From: Balanoglossus misakiensis | Lineage: Eukaryota > Animalia > Hemichordata | Direction of reading: 5' to 3' | Length of the DNA: 64,000 nucleotides | Assembly (NCBI GenBank): GCA_040954595.2 | Contig: CM082597.2 | Span: forward strand, 10,199,778 to 10,263,777 | Shown here: positions 51,779 through 64,000 of the stretch, piece after piece | How positions within the stretch are numbered: the stretch's first letter is position 1 | Layout of the letters: each line of letters begins with the position of its first letter | Notes under the pieces: generated by a model | What the model was told of the DNA's origin: nothing | Seen by the model: the letters and a program-made list of their open reading frames with translations, nothing else | Databases searched by the model: none | Position numbers and translations under genes: made by a program

Positions 51779-51864
51779 CACTGCCAAGGAACTCCTGCCA
51801 GCCATCATTGATTGTCTGGATAGTAGTGCCCAGAGTGTCGTCAATGTAGCTTTACAACATCTAC
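51779..51864 (+). pseudogene. INTS1: Truncated exon resembling the INTS1 extreme C-terminus (STAKELLPAIIDCLDSSAQSVVNVALQHL), in every monomer
   Basis: Acceptor tttgtcaacag|. It aligns without gaps to the recalled human SIAAAFLPTFMYCLGSQDFEVVQTALRNL. There is no donor; the exon is cut by the monomer junction. Confidence 0.65.
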
Positions 51865-51917
51865 GCTAAACAAATCTCTTTTTTTTTGGCCTAACTTAAT
51901 ATATTTGTTTATTTCAG

Positions 51918-52047
51918 TGCTATGAGCAATACTCCGTTGCGTTTACTGTCAGAGATGTATCTGCAACAACCCGATTTAATTCAGAGTGTCAGAAAAAGTG
52001 ATTTGCTGGTCAAGAATGCAAACAGTGTCAGTCAGAGTGTCTCACAG
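51918..52047 (+). pseudogene. INTS1: Complete internal exon resembling the INTS1 C-terminal region (AMSNTPLRLLSEMYLQQPDLIQSVRKSDLLVKNANSVSQSVSQ), in every monomer
   Basis: Acceptor tttatttcag|, donor |gtgaga, 43-codon open frame. It has weak resemblance to the recalled LYLQRPELRVPVPEVLLHSEGAASSSVCK. Confidence 0.55.
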
Positions 52048-55000
52048 GTGAGAGATTTTTTCTTTTTTTTACACATGGGTTAGACGTGGGCATTGCAGAG
52101 AGGGCAGCACCAATTTCATAAATGTACGTAGCAGTAAATACAGACTGCCTTTGCTTCCTTCCATATTTCATGCACACCGTGTAAGTAGACTTTACCTAAT
52201 TTTGTCCCTTCTTTTCACCCAATTTACTGTCTTTTCCTGATCTCCAACACAGACTATGGTTGCCACCATCTTGTCTGTTGTTAGGACAGCACACTGCCTT
52301 ATTGTGTTGACTGTGTGCAGTTTTCGTAACCAGAGCCTCTAACCCAAACTATTATGCAGTTGTTACATATGATGCAAGTTGCCCATAAAATTACCTAACA
52401 ATAAAATGTGGCTGTCGAACATTGGTCCCAACAATAACGACAAACACAATACGATAGAATTTTTACTCAATGACTTTCTGGCCTCATTTTCGCATCGTCT
52501 TGGAAGGGCAAATGAAAAAGGCATATCGATTATTGGTACTCCACTTATTAGACTTTCCACTGTTTGTCAACAGCACTGCCAAGGAACTCCTGCCAGCCAT
52601 CATTGATTGTCTGGATAGTAGTGCCCAGAGTGTCGTCAATGTAGCTTTACAACATCTACGCTAAACAAATCTCTTTTTTTTTTGGCCTAACTTAATATAT
52701 TTGTTTATTTCAGTGCTATGAGCAATACTCCGTTGTGTTTACTGTCAGAGATGTATCTGCAACAACCCGATTTAATTCAGAGTGTCAGAAAAAGTGACTT
52801 GCTGGTCAAGAATGCAAACAGTGTCAGTCAGAGTGTCTCACAGGTGAGAGATTTTTTCTTTTTTTTTACACACGGGTTAGACGTGGGCATTGCAGAGAGG
52901 GCAGCACCAATTTCATAAATGTACGTAGCAGTAAATACAGACTGCCTTTGCTTCCTTCCATATTTCATGCACACCGTGTAAGTAGACTTTACCTAATTTT
53001 GTCCCTTCTTTTCACCCAATTTACTGTCTTTTCCTGATCTCCAACACAGACTATGGTTGCCACCATCTTGTCTGTTGTTAGGACAGCACACTGCCTTATT
53101 GTGTTGACTGTGTGCAGTTTTTGTAACCAGAGCCTCTAACCCTAACTATTATGCAGTTGTTACATATGATGCAAGTTGCCCATAAAATTACCTAACAATA
53201 AAATGTGGCTGTCGAACATTGGTCCCAACAATAACGACAAACACAATACGATAGAATTTTTACTCAATGACTTTCTGGCCTCATTTTCGCATCGTCTTGG
53301 AAGGGCAAATGAAAAAGGCATATCGATTATTGGTACTCCACTTATTAGACTTTCCACTGTTTGTCAACAGCACTGCCAAGGAACTCCTGCCAGCCATCAT
53401 TGATTGTCTGGATAGTAGTGCCCAGAGTGTCGTCAATGTAGCTTTACAACATCTACGCTAAACAAATCTCTTTATCTTTTGGCCTAACTTAATATATTTG
53501 TTTATTTCAGTGCTATGAGCAATACTCCGTTGCGTTTACTGTCAGAGATGTATCTGCAACAACCCGATTTAATTCAGAGTGTCAGAAAAAGTGACTTGCT
53601 GGTCAAGAATGCAAACAGTGTCAGTCAGAGTGTCTCACAGGTGAGAGATTTTTTCTTTTTTTTTTACACACGGGTTAGACGTGGGCATTGCAGAGAGGGC
53701 AGCACCAATTTCATAAATGTACGTAGCAGTAAATACAGACTGCCTTTGCTTCCTTCCATATTTCATGCACACCGTGTAAGTAGACTTTACCTAATTTTGT
53801 CCCTTCTTTTCACCCAATTTACTGTCTTTTCCTGATCTCCAACACAGACTATGGTTGCCACCATCTTGTCTGTTGTTAGGACAGCACACTGCCTTATTGT
53901 GTTGACTGTGTGCAGTTTTTGTAACCAGAGCCTCTAACCCTAACTATTATGCAGTTGTTACATATGATGCAAGTTGCCCATAAAATTACCTAACAATAAA
54001 ATGTGGCTGTCGAACATTGGTCCCAACAATAACGACAAACACAATACGATAGAATTTTTACTCAATGACTTTCTGGCCTCATTTTCGCATCGTCTTGGAA
54101 GGGCAAATGAAAAAGGCATATCGATTATTGGTACTCCACTTATTAGACTTTCCACTGTTTGTCAACAGCACTGCCAAGGAACTCCTGCCAGCCATCATTG
54201 ATTGTCTGGATAGTAGTGCCCAGAGTGTCGTCAATGTAGCTTTACAACATCTACGCTAAACAAATCTCTTTATCTTTTGGCCTAACTTAATATATTTGTT
54301 TATTTCAGTGCTATGAGCAATACTCCGTTGTGTTTACTGTCAGAGATGTATCTGCAACAACCCGATTTAATTCAGAGTGTCAGAAAAAGTGACTTGCTGG
54401 TCAAGAATGCAAACAGTGTCAGTCAGAGTGTCTCACAGGTGAGAGATTTTTTCTTTTTTTTTACACACGGGTTAGACGTGGGCATTGCAGAGAGGGCAGC
54501 ACCAATTTCATAAATGTACGTAGCAGTAAATACAGACTGCCTTTGCTTCCTTCCATATTTCATGCACACCGTGTAAGTAGACTTTACCTAATTTTGTCCC
54601 TTCTTTTCACCCAATTTACTGTCTTTTCCTGATCTCCAACACAGACTATGGTTGCCACCATCTTGTCTGTTGTTAGGACAGCACACTGCCTTATTGTGTT
54701 GACTGTGTGCAGTTTTTGTAACCAGAGCCTCTAACCCTAACTATTATGCAGTTGTTACATATGATGCAAGTTGCCCATAAAATTACCTAACAATAAAATG
54801 TGGCTGTCGAACATTGGTCCCAACAATAACGACAAACACAATACGATAGAATTTTTACTCAATGACTTTCTGGCCTCATTTTCGCATCGTCTTGGAAGGG
54901 CAAATGAAAAAGGCATATCGATTATTGGTACTCCACTTATTAGACTTTCCACTGTTTGTCAACAGCACTGCCAAGGAACTCCTGCCAGCCATCATTGATT

Positions 55001-58000
55001 GTCTGGATAGTAGTGCCCAGAGTGTCGTCAATGTAGCTTTACAACATCTACGCTAAACAAATCTCTTTTTTTTTTGGCCTAACTTAATATATTTGTTTAT
55101 TTCAGTGCTATGAGCAATACTCCGTTGTGTTTACTGTCAGAGATGTATCTGCAACAACCCGATTTAATTCAGAGTGTCAGAAAAAGTGACTTGCTGGTCA
55201 AGAATGCAAACAGTGTCAGTCAGAGTGTCTCACAGGTGAGAGATTTTTTCTTTTTTTTTACACACGGGTTAGACGTGGGCATTGCAGAGAGGGCAGCACC
55301 AATTTCATAAATGTACGTAGCAGTAAATACAGACTGCCTTTGCTTCCTTCCATATTTCATGCACACCGTGTAAGCAGACTTTACCTAATTTTGTCCCTTC
55401 TTTTCACCCAATTTACTGTCTTTTCCTGATCTCCAACACAGACTATGGTTGCCACCATCTTGTCTGTTGTTAGGACAGCACACTGCCTTATTGTGTTGAC
55501 TGTGTGCAGTTTTTGTAACCAGAGCCTCTAACCCTAACTATTATGCAGTTGTTACATATGATGCAAGTTGCCCATAAAATTACCTAACAATAAAATGTGG
55601 CTGTCGAACATTGGTCCCAACAATAACGACAAACACAATACGATAGAATTTTTACTCAATGACTTTCTGGCCTCATTTTCGCATCGTCTTGGAAGGGCAA
55701 ATGAAAAAGGAATATCGATTATTGGTACTCCACTTATTAGACTTTCCACTGTTTGTCAACAGCACTGCCAAGGAACTCCTGCCAGCCATCATTGATTGTC
55801 TGGATAGTAGTGCCCAGAGTGTCGTCAATGTAGCTTTACAACATCTACGCTAAACAAATCTCTTTTTTTTTTTGGCCTAACTTAATATATTTGTTTATTT
55901 CAGTGCTATGAGCAATACTCCGTTGCGTTTACTGTCAGAGATGTATCTGCAACAACCCGATTTAATTCAGAGTGTCAGAAAAAGTGACTTGCTGGTCAAG
56001 AATGCAAACAGTGACAGTCAGAGTGTCTCACAGGTGAGAGATTTTTTCTTTTTTTTTACACACGGGTTAGACGTGGGCATTGCAGAGAGGGCAGCACCAA
56101 TTTCATAAATGTACGTAGCAGTAAATACAGACTGCCTTTGCTTCCTTCCATATTTCATGCACACCGTGTAAGTAGACTTTACCTAATTTTGTCCCTTCTT
56201 TTCACCCAATTTACTGTCTTTTCCTGATCTCCAACACAGACTATGGTTGCCACCATCTTGTCTGTTGTTAGGACAGCACACTGCCTTATTGTGTTGACTG
56301 TGTGCAGTTTTTGTAACAAGAGCCTCTAACCGTAACCCTAACTATTATGCAGTTGTTACATAGGATGCAAGTTGCCCATAAAATTACCTAACAATAAAAT
56401 GTGGCTGTCGAACATTGGTCCCAACAATAACGACAAACACAATACGATAGAATTTTTACTCAATGACTTTCTGGCCTCATTTTCGCATCGTCTTGGAAGG
56501 GCAAATGAAAAAGGCATATCGATTATTGGTACTCCACTTATTAGACTTTCCACTGTTTGTCAACAGCACTGCCAAGGAACTCCTGCCAGCCATCATTGAT
56601 TGTCTGGATAGTAGTGCCCAGAGTGTCGTCAATGTAGCTTTACAACATCTACGCTAAACAAATCTCTTTTTTTTTGGCCTAACTTAATATATTTGTTTAT
56701 TTCAGTGCTATGAGCAATACTCCGTTGCGTTTACTGTCAGAGATGTATCTGCAACAACCCGATTTAATTCAGAGTGTCAGAAAAAGTGATTTGCTGGTCA
56801 AGAATGCAAACAGTGTCAGTCAGAGTGTCTCACAGGTGAGAGATTTTTTCTTTTTTTTTACACACGGGTTAGACGTGGGCATTGCAGAGAGGGCAGCACC
56901 AATTTCATAAATGTACGTAGCAGTAAATACAGACTGCCTTTGCTTCCTTCCATATTTCATGCACACCGTGTAAGTAGACTTTACCTAATTTTGTCCCTTC
57001 TTTTCACCCAATTTACTGTCTTTTCCTGATCTCCAACACAGACTATGGTTGCCACCATCTTGTCTGTTGTTAGGACAGCACACTGCCTTATTGTGTTGAC
57101 TGTGTGCAGTTTTCGTAACCAGAGCCTCTAACCCAAACTATTATGCAGTTGTTACATATGATGCAAGTTGCCCATAAAATTACCTAACAATAAAATGTGG
57201 CTGTCGAACATTGGTCCCAACAATAACGACAAACACAATACGATAGAATTTTTACTCAATGACTTTCTGGCCTCATTTTCGCATCGTCTTGGAAGGGCAA
57301 ATGAAAAAGGCATATCGATTATTGGTACTCCACTTATTAGACTTTCCACTGTTTGTCAACAGCACTGCCAAGGAACTCCTGCCAGCCATCATTGATTGTC
57401 TGGATAGTAGTGCCCAGAGTGTCGTCAATGTAGCTTTACAACATCTACGCTAAACAAATCTCTTTTTTTTTTGGCCTAACTTAATATATTTGTTTATTTC
57501 AGTGCTATGAGCAATACTCCGTTGTGTTTACTGTCAGAGATGTATCTGCAACAACCCGATTTAATTCAGAGTGTCAGAAAAAGTGACTTGCTGGTCAAGA
57601 ATGCAAACAGTGTCAGTCAGAGTGTCTCACAGGTGAGAGATTTTTTCTTTTTTTTTACACACGGGTTAGACGTGGGCATTGCAGAGAGGGCAGCACCAAT
57701 TTCATAAATGTACGTAGCAGTAAATACAGACTGCCTTTGCTTCCTTCCATATTTCATGCACACCGTGTAAGTAGACTTTACCTAATTTTGTCCCTTCTTT
57801 TCACCCAATTTACTGTCTTTTCCTGATCTCCAACACAGACTATGGTTGCCACCATCTTGTCTGTTGTTAGGACAGCACACTGCCTTATTGTGTTGACTGT
57901 GTGCAGTTTTTGTAACCAGAGCCTCTAACCCTAACTATTATGCAGTTGTTACATATGATGCAAGTTGCCCATAAAATTACCTAACAATAAAATGTGGCTG

Positions 58001-61000
58001 TCGAACATTGGTCCCAACAATAACGACAAACACAATACGATAGAATTTTTACTCAATGACTTTCTGGCCTCATTTTCGCATCGTCTTGGAAGGGCAAATG
58101 AAAAAGGCATATCGATTATTGGTACTCCACTTATTAGACTTTCCACTGTTTGTCAACAGCACTGCCAAGGAACTCCTGCCAGCCATCATTGATTGTCTGG
58201 ATAGTAGTGCCCAGAGTGTCGTCAATGTAGCTTTACAACATCTACGCTAAACAAATCTCTTTATCTTTTGGCCTAACTTAATATATTTGTTTATTTCAGT
58301 GCTATGAGCAATACTCCGTTGCGTTTACTGTCAGAGATGTATCTGCAACAACCCGATTTAATTCAGAGTGTCAGAAAAAGTGACTTGCTGGTCAAGAATG
58401 CAAACAGTGTCAGTCAGAGTGTCTCACAGGTGAGAGATTTTTTCTTTTTTTTTTACACACGGGTTAGACGTGGGCATTGCAGAGAGGGCAGCACCAATTT
58501 CATAAATGTACGTAGCAGTAAATACAGACTGCCTTTGCTTCCTTCCATATTTCATGCACACCGTGTAAGTAGACTTTACCTAATTTTGTCCCTTCTTTTC
58601 ACCCAATTTACTGTCTTTTCCTGATCTCCAACACAGACTATGGTTGCCACCATCTTGTCTGTTGTTAGGACAGCACACTGCCTTATTGTGTTGACTGTGT
58701 GCAGTTTTTGTAACCAGAGCCTCTAACCCTAACTATTATGCAGTTGTTACATATGATGCAAGTTGCCCATAAAATTACCTAACAATAAAATGTGGCTGTC
58801 GAACATTGGTCCCAACAATAACGACAAACACAATACGATAGAATTTTTACTCAATGACTTTCTGGCCTCATTTTCGCATCGTCTTGGAAGGGCAAATGAA
58901 AAAGGCATATCGATTATTGGTACTCCACTTATTAGACTTTCCACTGTTTGTCAACAGCACTGCCAAGGAACTCCTGCCAGCCATCATTGATTGTCTGGAT
59001 AGTAGTGCCCAGAGTGTCGTCAATGTAGCTTTACAACATCTACGCTAAACAAATCTCTTTATCTTTTGGCCTAACTTAATATATTTGTTTATTTCAGTGC
59101 TATGAGCAATACTCCGTTGTGTTTACTGTCAGAGATGTATCTGCAACAACCCGATTTAATTCAGAGTGTCAGAAAAAGTGACTTGCTGGTCAAGAATGCA
59201 AACAGTGTCAGTCAGAGTGTCTCACAGGTGAGAGATTTTTTCTTTTTTTTTACACACGGGTTAGACGTGGGCATTGCAGAGAGGGCAGCACCAATTTCAT
59301 AAATGTACGTAGCAGTAAATACAGACTGCCTTTGCTTCCTTCCATATTTCATGCACACCGTGTAAGTAGACTTTACCTAATTTTGTCCCTTCTTTTCACC
59401 CAATTTACTGTCTTTTCCTGATCTCCAACACAGACTATGGTTGCCACCATCTTGTCTGTTGTTAGGACAGCACACTGCCTTATTGTGTTGACTGTGTGCA
59501 GTTTTTGTAACCAGAGCCTCTAACCCTAACTATTATGCAGTTGTTACATATGATGCAAGTTGCCCATAAAATTACCTAACAATAAAATGTGGCTGTCGAA
59601 CATTGGTCCCAACAATAACGACAAACACAATACGATAGAATTTTTACTCAATGACTTTCTGGCCTCATTTTCGCATCGTCTTGGAAGGGCAAATGAAAAA
59701 GGCATATCGATTATTGGTACTCCACTTATTAGACTTTCCACTGTTTGTCAACAGCACTGCCAAGGAACTCCTGCCAGCCATCATTGATTGTCTGGATAGT
59801 AGTGCCCAGAGTGTCGTCAATGTAGCTTTACAACATCTACGCTAAACAAATCTCTTTTTTTTTTGGCCTAACTTAATATATTTGTTTATTTCAGTGCTAT
59901 GAGCAATACTCCGTTGTGTTTACTGTCAGAGATGTATCTGCAACAACCCGATTTAATTCAGAGTGTCAGAAAAAGTGACTTGCTGGTCAAGAATGCAAAC
60001 AGTGTCAGTCAGAGTGTCTCACAGGTGAGAGATTTTTTCTTTTTTTTTACACACGGGTTAGACGTGGGCATTGCAGAGAGGGCAGCACCAATTTCATAAA
60101 TGTACGTAGCAGTAAATACAGACTGCCTTTGCTTCCTTCCATATTTCATGCACACCGTGTAAGCAGACTTTACCTAATTTTGTCCCTTCTTTTCACCCAA
60201 TTTACTGTCTTTTCCTGATCTCCAACACAGACTATGGTTGCCACCATCTTGTCTGTTGTTAGGACAGCACACTGCCTTATTGTGTTGACTGTGTGCAGTT
60301 TTTGTAACCAGAGCCTCTAACCCTAACTATTATGCAGTTGTTACATATGATGCAAGTTGCCCATAAAATTACCTAACAATAAAATGTGGCTGTCGAACAT
60401 TGGTCCCAACAATAACGACAAACACAATACGATAGAATTTTTACTCAATGACTTTCTGGCCTCATTTTCGCATCGTCTTGGAAGGGCAAATGAAAAAGGA
60501 ATATCGATTATTGGTACTCCACTTATTAGACTTTCCACTGTTTGTCAACAGCACTGCCAAGGAACTCCTGCCAGCCATCATTGATTGTCTGGATAGTAGT
60601 GCCCAGAGTGTCGTCAATGTAGCTTTACAACATCTACGCTAAACAAATCTCTTTTTTTTTTTGGCCTAACTTAATATATTTGTTTATTTCAGTGCTATGA
60701 GCAATACTCCGTTGCGTTTACTGTCAGAGATGTATCTGCAACAACCCGATTTAATTCAGAGTGTCAGAAAAAGTGACTTGCTGGTCAAGAATGCAAACAG
60801 TGACAGTCAGAGTGTCTCACAGGTGAGAGATTTTTTCTTTTTTTTTACACACGGGTTAGACGTGGGCATTGCAGAGAGGGCAGCACCAATTTCATAAATG
60901 TACGTAGCAGTAAATACAGACTGCCTTTGCTTCCTTCCATATTTCATGCACACCGTGTAAGTAGACTTTACCTAATTTTGTCCCTTCTTTTCACCCAATT

Positions 61001-64000
61001 TACTGTCTTTTCCTGATCTCCAACACAGACTATGGTTGCCACCATCTTGTCTGTTGTTAGGACAGCACACTGCCTTATTGTGTTGACTGTGTGCAGTTTT
61101 TGTAACAAGAGCCTCTAACCGTAACCCTAACTATTATGCAGTTGTTACATAGGATGCAAGTTGCCCATAAAATTACCTAACAATAAAATGTGGCTGTCGA
61201 ACATTGGTCCCAACAATAACGACAAACACAATACGATAGAATTTTTACTCAATGACTTTCTGGCCTCATTTTCGCATCGTCTTGGAAGGGCAAATGAAAA
61301 AGGCATATCGATTATTGGTACTCCACTTATTAGACTTTCCACTGTTTGTCAACAGCACTGCCAAGGAACTCCTGCCAGCCATCATTGATTGTCTGGATAG
61401 TAGTGCCCAGAGTGTCGTCAATGTAGCTTTACAACATCTACGCTAAACAAATCTCTTTATTTTTTGGCCTAACTTAATATATTTGTTTATTTCAGTGCTA
61501 TGAGCAATACTCCGTTGCGTTTACTGTCAGAGATGTATCTCCAACAACCCGATTTAATTCAGTGTCAGAAAAAGTGACTTGCTGGTCAAGAATGCAAACA
61601 GTGACAGTCAGAGTGTCTCACAGGTGAGAGATTTTTTCTTTTTTTTTACACACGGGTTAGACGTGGGCATTGCAGAGAGGGCAGCACCAATTTCATAAAT
61701 GTACGTAGCAGTAAATACAGACTGCCTTTGCTTCCTTCCATATTTCATGCACACCGTGTAAGTAGACTTTACCTAATTTTGTCCCTTCTTTTCACCCAAT
61801 TTACTGTCTTTTCCTGATCTCCAACACAGACTATGGTTGCCACCATCTTGTCTGTTGTTAGGACAGCACACTGCCTTATTGTGTTGACTGTGTGCAGTTT
61901 TTGTAACCAGAGCCTCTAACCCTAACTATTATGCAGTTGTTACATATGATGCAAGTTGCCCATAAAATTACCTAACAATAAAATGTGGCTGTCGAACATT
62001 GGTCCCAACAATAACGACAAACACAATACGATAGAATTTTTACTCAATGACTTTCTGGCCTTATTTTCGCATCGTCTTGGAAGGGCAAATGAAAAAGGCA
62101 TATCGATTATTGGTACTCCACTTATTAGACTTTCCACTGTTTGTCAACAGCACTGCCAAGGAACTCCTGCCAGCCATCATTGATTGTCTGGATAGTAGTG
62201 CCCAGAGTGTCGTCAATGTAGCTTTACAACATCTACGCTAAACAAATCTCTTTTTTTTTTTGCCTAACTTAATATATTTGTTTATTTCAGTGCTATGAGC
62301 AATCCTCCGTTGCGTTTACTGTCAGAGATGTATCTGCAACAACCCGATTTAATTCAGAGTGTCAGAAAAAGTGACTTGCTGGTCAAGAATGCAAACAGTG
62401 TCAGTCAGAGTGTCTCACAGGTGAGAGATTTTTTCTTATTTTTACACATGGGTTAGACGTGGGCATTGCAGAGAGGGCAGCACCAATTTCATAAATGTAC
62501 GTAGCAGTAAATACAGACTGCCTTTGCTTCCTTCCATATTTCATGCACACCGTGTAAGTAGACTTTACCTAATTTTGTCCCTTCTTTTCACCCAATTTAC
62601 TGTCTTTTCCTGATCTCCAACACAGATTATGGTTGCCACCATCTTGTCTGTTGTTAGGACAGCACACTGCCTTATTGTGTTGACTGTGTGCAGTTTTTGT
62701 AACCAGAGCCTCTAACCCAAACTATTATGCAGTTGTTACATATGATGCAAGTTGCCCATAAAATTACCTAACAATAAAATGTGGCTGTCGAACATTGGTC
62801 CCAACAATAACGACAAACACAATACGATAGAATTTTTACTCAATGACTTTCTGGCCTCATTTTCGCATCGTCTTGGAAGGGCAAATGAAAAAGGCATATC
62901 GATTATTGGTACTCCACTTATTAGACTTTCCACTGTTTGTCAACAGCACTGCCAAGGAACTCCTGCCAGCCATCATTGATTGTCTGGATAGTAGTGCCCA
63001 GAGTGTCGTCAATGTAGCTTTACAACATCTACGCTAAACAAATCTCTTTTTTTTTTGGCCTAACTTAATATATTTGTTTATTTCAGTGCTATGAGCAATA
63101 CTCCGTTGCGTTTACTGTCAGAGATGTATCTGCAACAACCCGATTTAATTCAGTGTCAGAAAAAGTGACTTGCTGGTCAAGAATGCAAACAGTGTCAGTC
63201 AGAGTGTCTCACAGGTGAGAGATTTTTTCTTTTTTTTACACATGGGTTAGACGTGGGCATTGCAGAGAGGGCAGCACCAATTTCATAAATGTACGTAGCA
63301 GTAAATACAGACTGCCTTTGCTTCCTTCCATATTTCATGCACACCGTGTAAGTAGACTTTACCTAATTTTGTCCCTTCTTTTCACCCAATTTACTGTCTT
63401 TTCCTGATCTCCAACACAGACTATGGTTGCCACCATCTTGTCTGTTGTTAGGACAGCACACTGCCTTATTGTGTTGACTGTGTGCAGTTTTTGTAACAAG
63501 AGCCTCTAACCGTAACCCTAACTATTATGCAGTTGTTACATAGGATGCAAGTTGCCCATAAAATTACCTAACAATAAAATGTGGCTGTCGAACATTGGTC
63601 CCAACAATAACGACAAACACAATACGATAGAATTTTTACTCAATGACTTTCTGGCCTCATTTTCGCATCGTCTTGGAAGGGCAAATGAAAAAGGCATATC
63701 GATTATTGGTACTCCACTTATTAGACTTTCCACTGTTTGTCAACAGCACTGCCAAGGAACTCCTGCCAGCCATCATTGATTGTCTGGATAGTAGTGCCCA
63801 GAGTGTCGTCAATGTAGCTTTACAACATCTACGCTAAACAAATCTCTTTATTTTTTGGCCTAACTTAATATATTTGTTTATTTCAGTGCTATGAGCAATA
63901 CTCCGTTGCGTTTACTGTCAGAGATGTATCTCCAACAACCCGATTTAATTCAGTGTCAGAAAAAGTGACTTGCTGGTCAAGAATGCAAACAGTGACAGTC

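Larger units (their letters stand above)
51727..64000. repeat. ~797-bp tandem satellite, ~15.4 monomers (continues beyond the right edge), with a 4789-bp 6-mer higher-order repeat
   Basis: The ORF set recurs every 795-804 bp. Variant monomers recur at +4789 (53515/58304, 55659/60448, 56356/61145). Confidence 0.97.

Noticed and set aside
1-64000. rDNA, histone, snRNA or tRNA gene arrays as the explanation for the tandem units
   Set aside because: No such sequences were recognised in any unit.

Overview
This is eukaryotic (animal, probably marine invertebrate) repeat-rich DNA with no intact gene. It has four blocks. (1) 1-29320 is a ~3451-bp macrosatellite (~8.3 near-identical units). Each unit carries five GT-AG-bounded minus-strand exons whose spliced translation matches the middle of Integrator complex subunit 1 (INTS1); the array-edge unit keeps a sixth exon that is deleted in the other units. 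(2) 29321-47459 holds five tandem, decayed copies of an ISL2EU-type (PIF/Harbinger-related) DNA transposon: THAP exon, intron and DDE transposase, a convergent ORF2 remnant and one terminus. It includes a nested TTAA-flanked MITE and a TACAGTA Tc1-type footprint. (3) ~48.2-51.7 kb is a 180-bp satellite interrupted by a palindromic element. (4) 51.7-64 kb is a ~797-bp satellite with a 6-mer higher-order repeat, whose monomer carries two plus-strand exons resembling the INTS1 C-terminal region. The main observation is that two different satellites seem to have been built from intron-containing fragments of the same essential gene, pointing outward on either side of a transposon cluster. The INTS1 assignments come from manual splicing and my recollection of the human protein, not from a database search.
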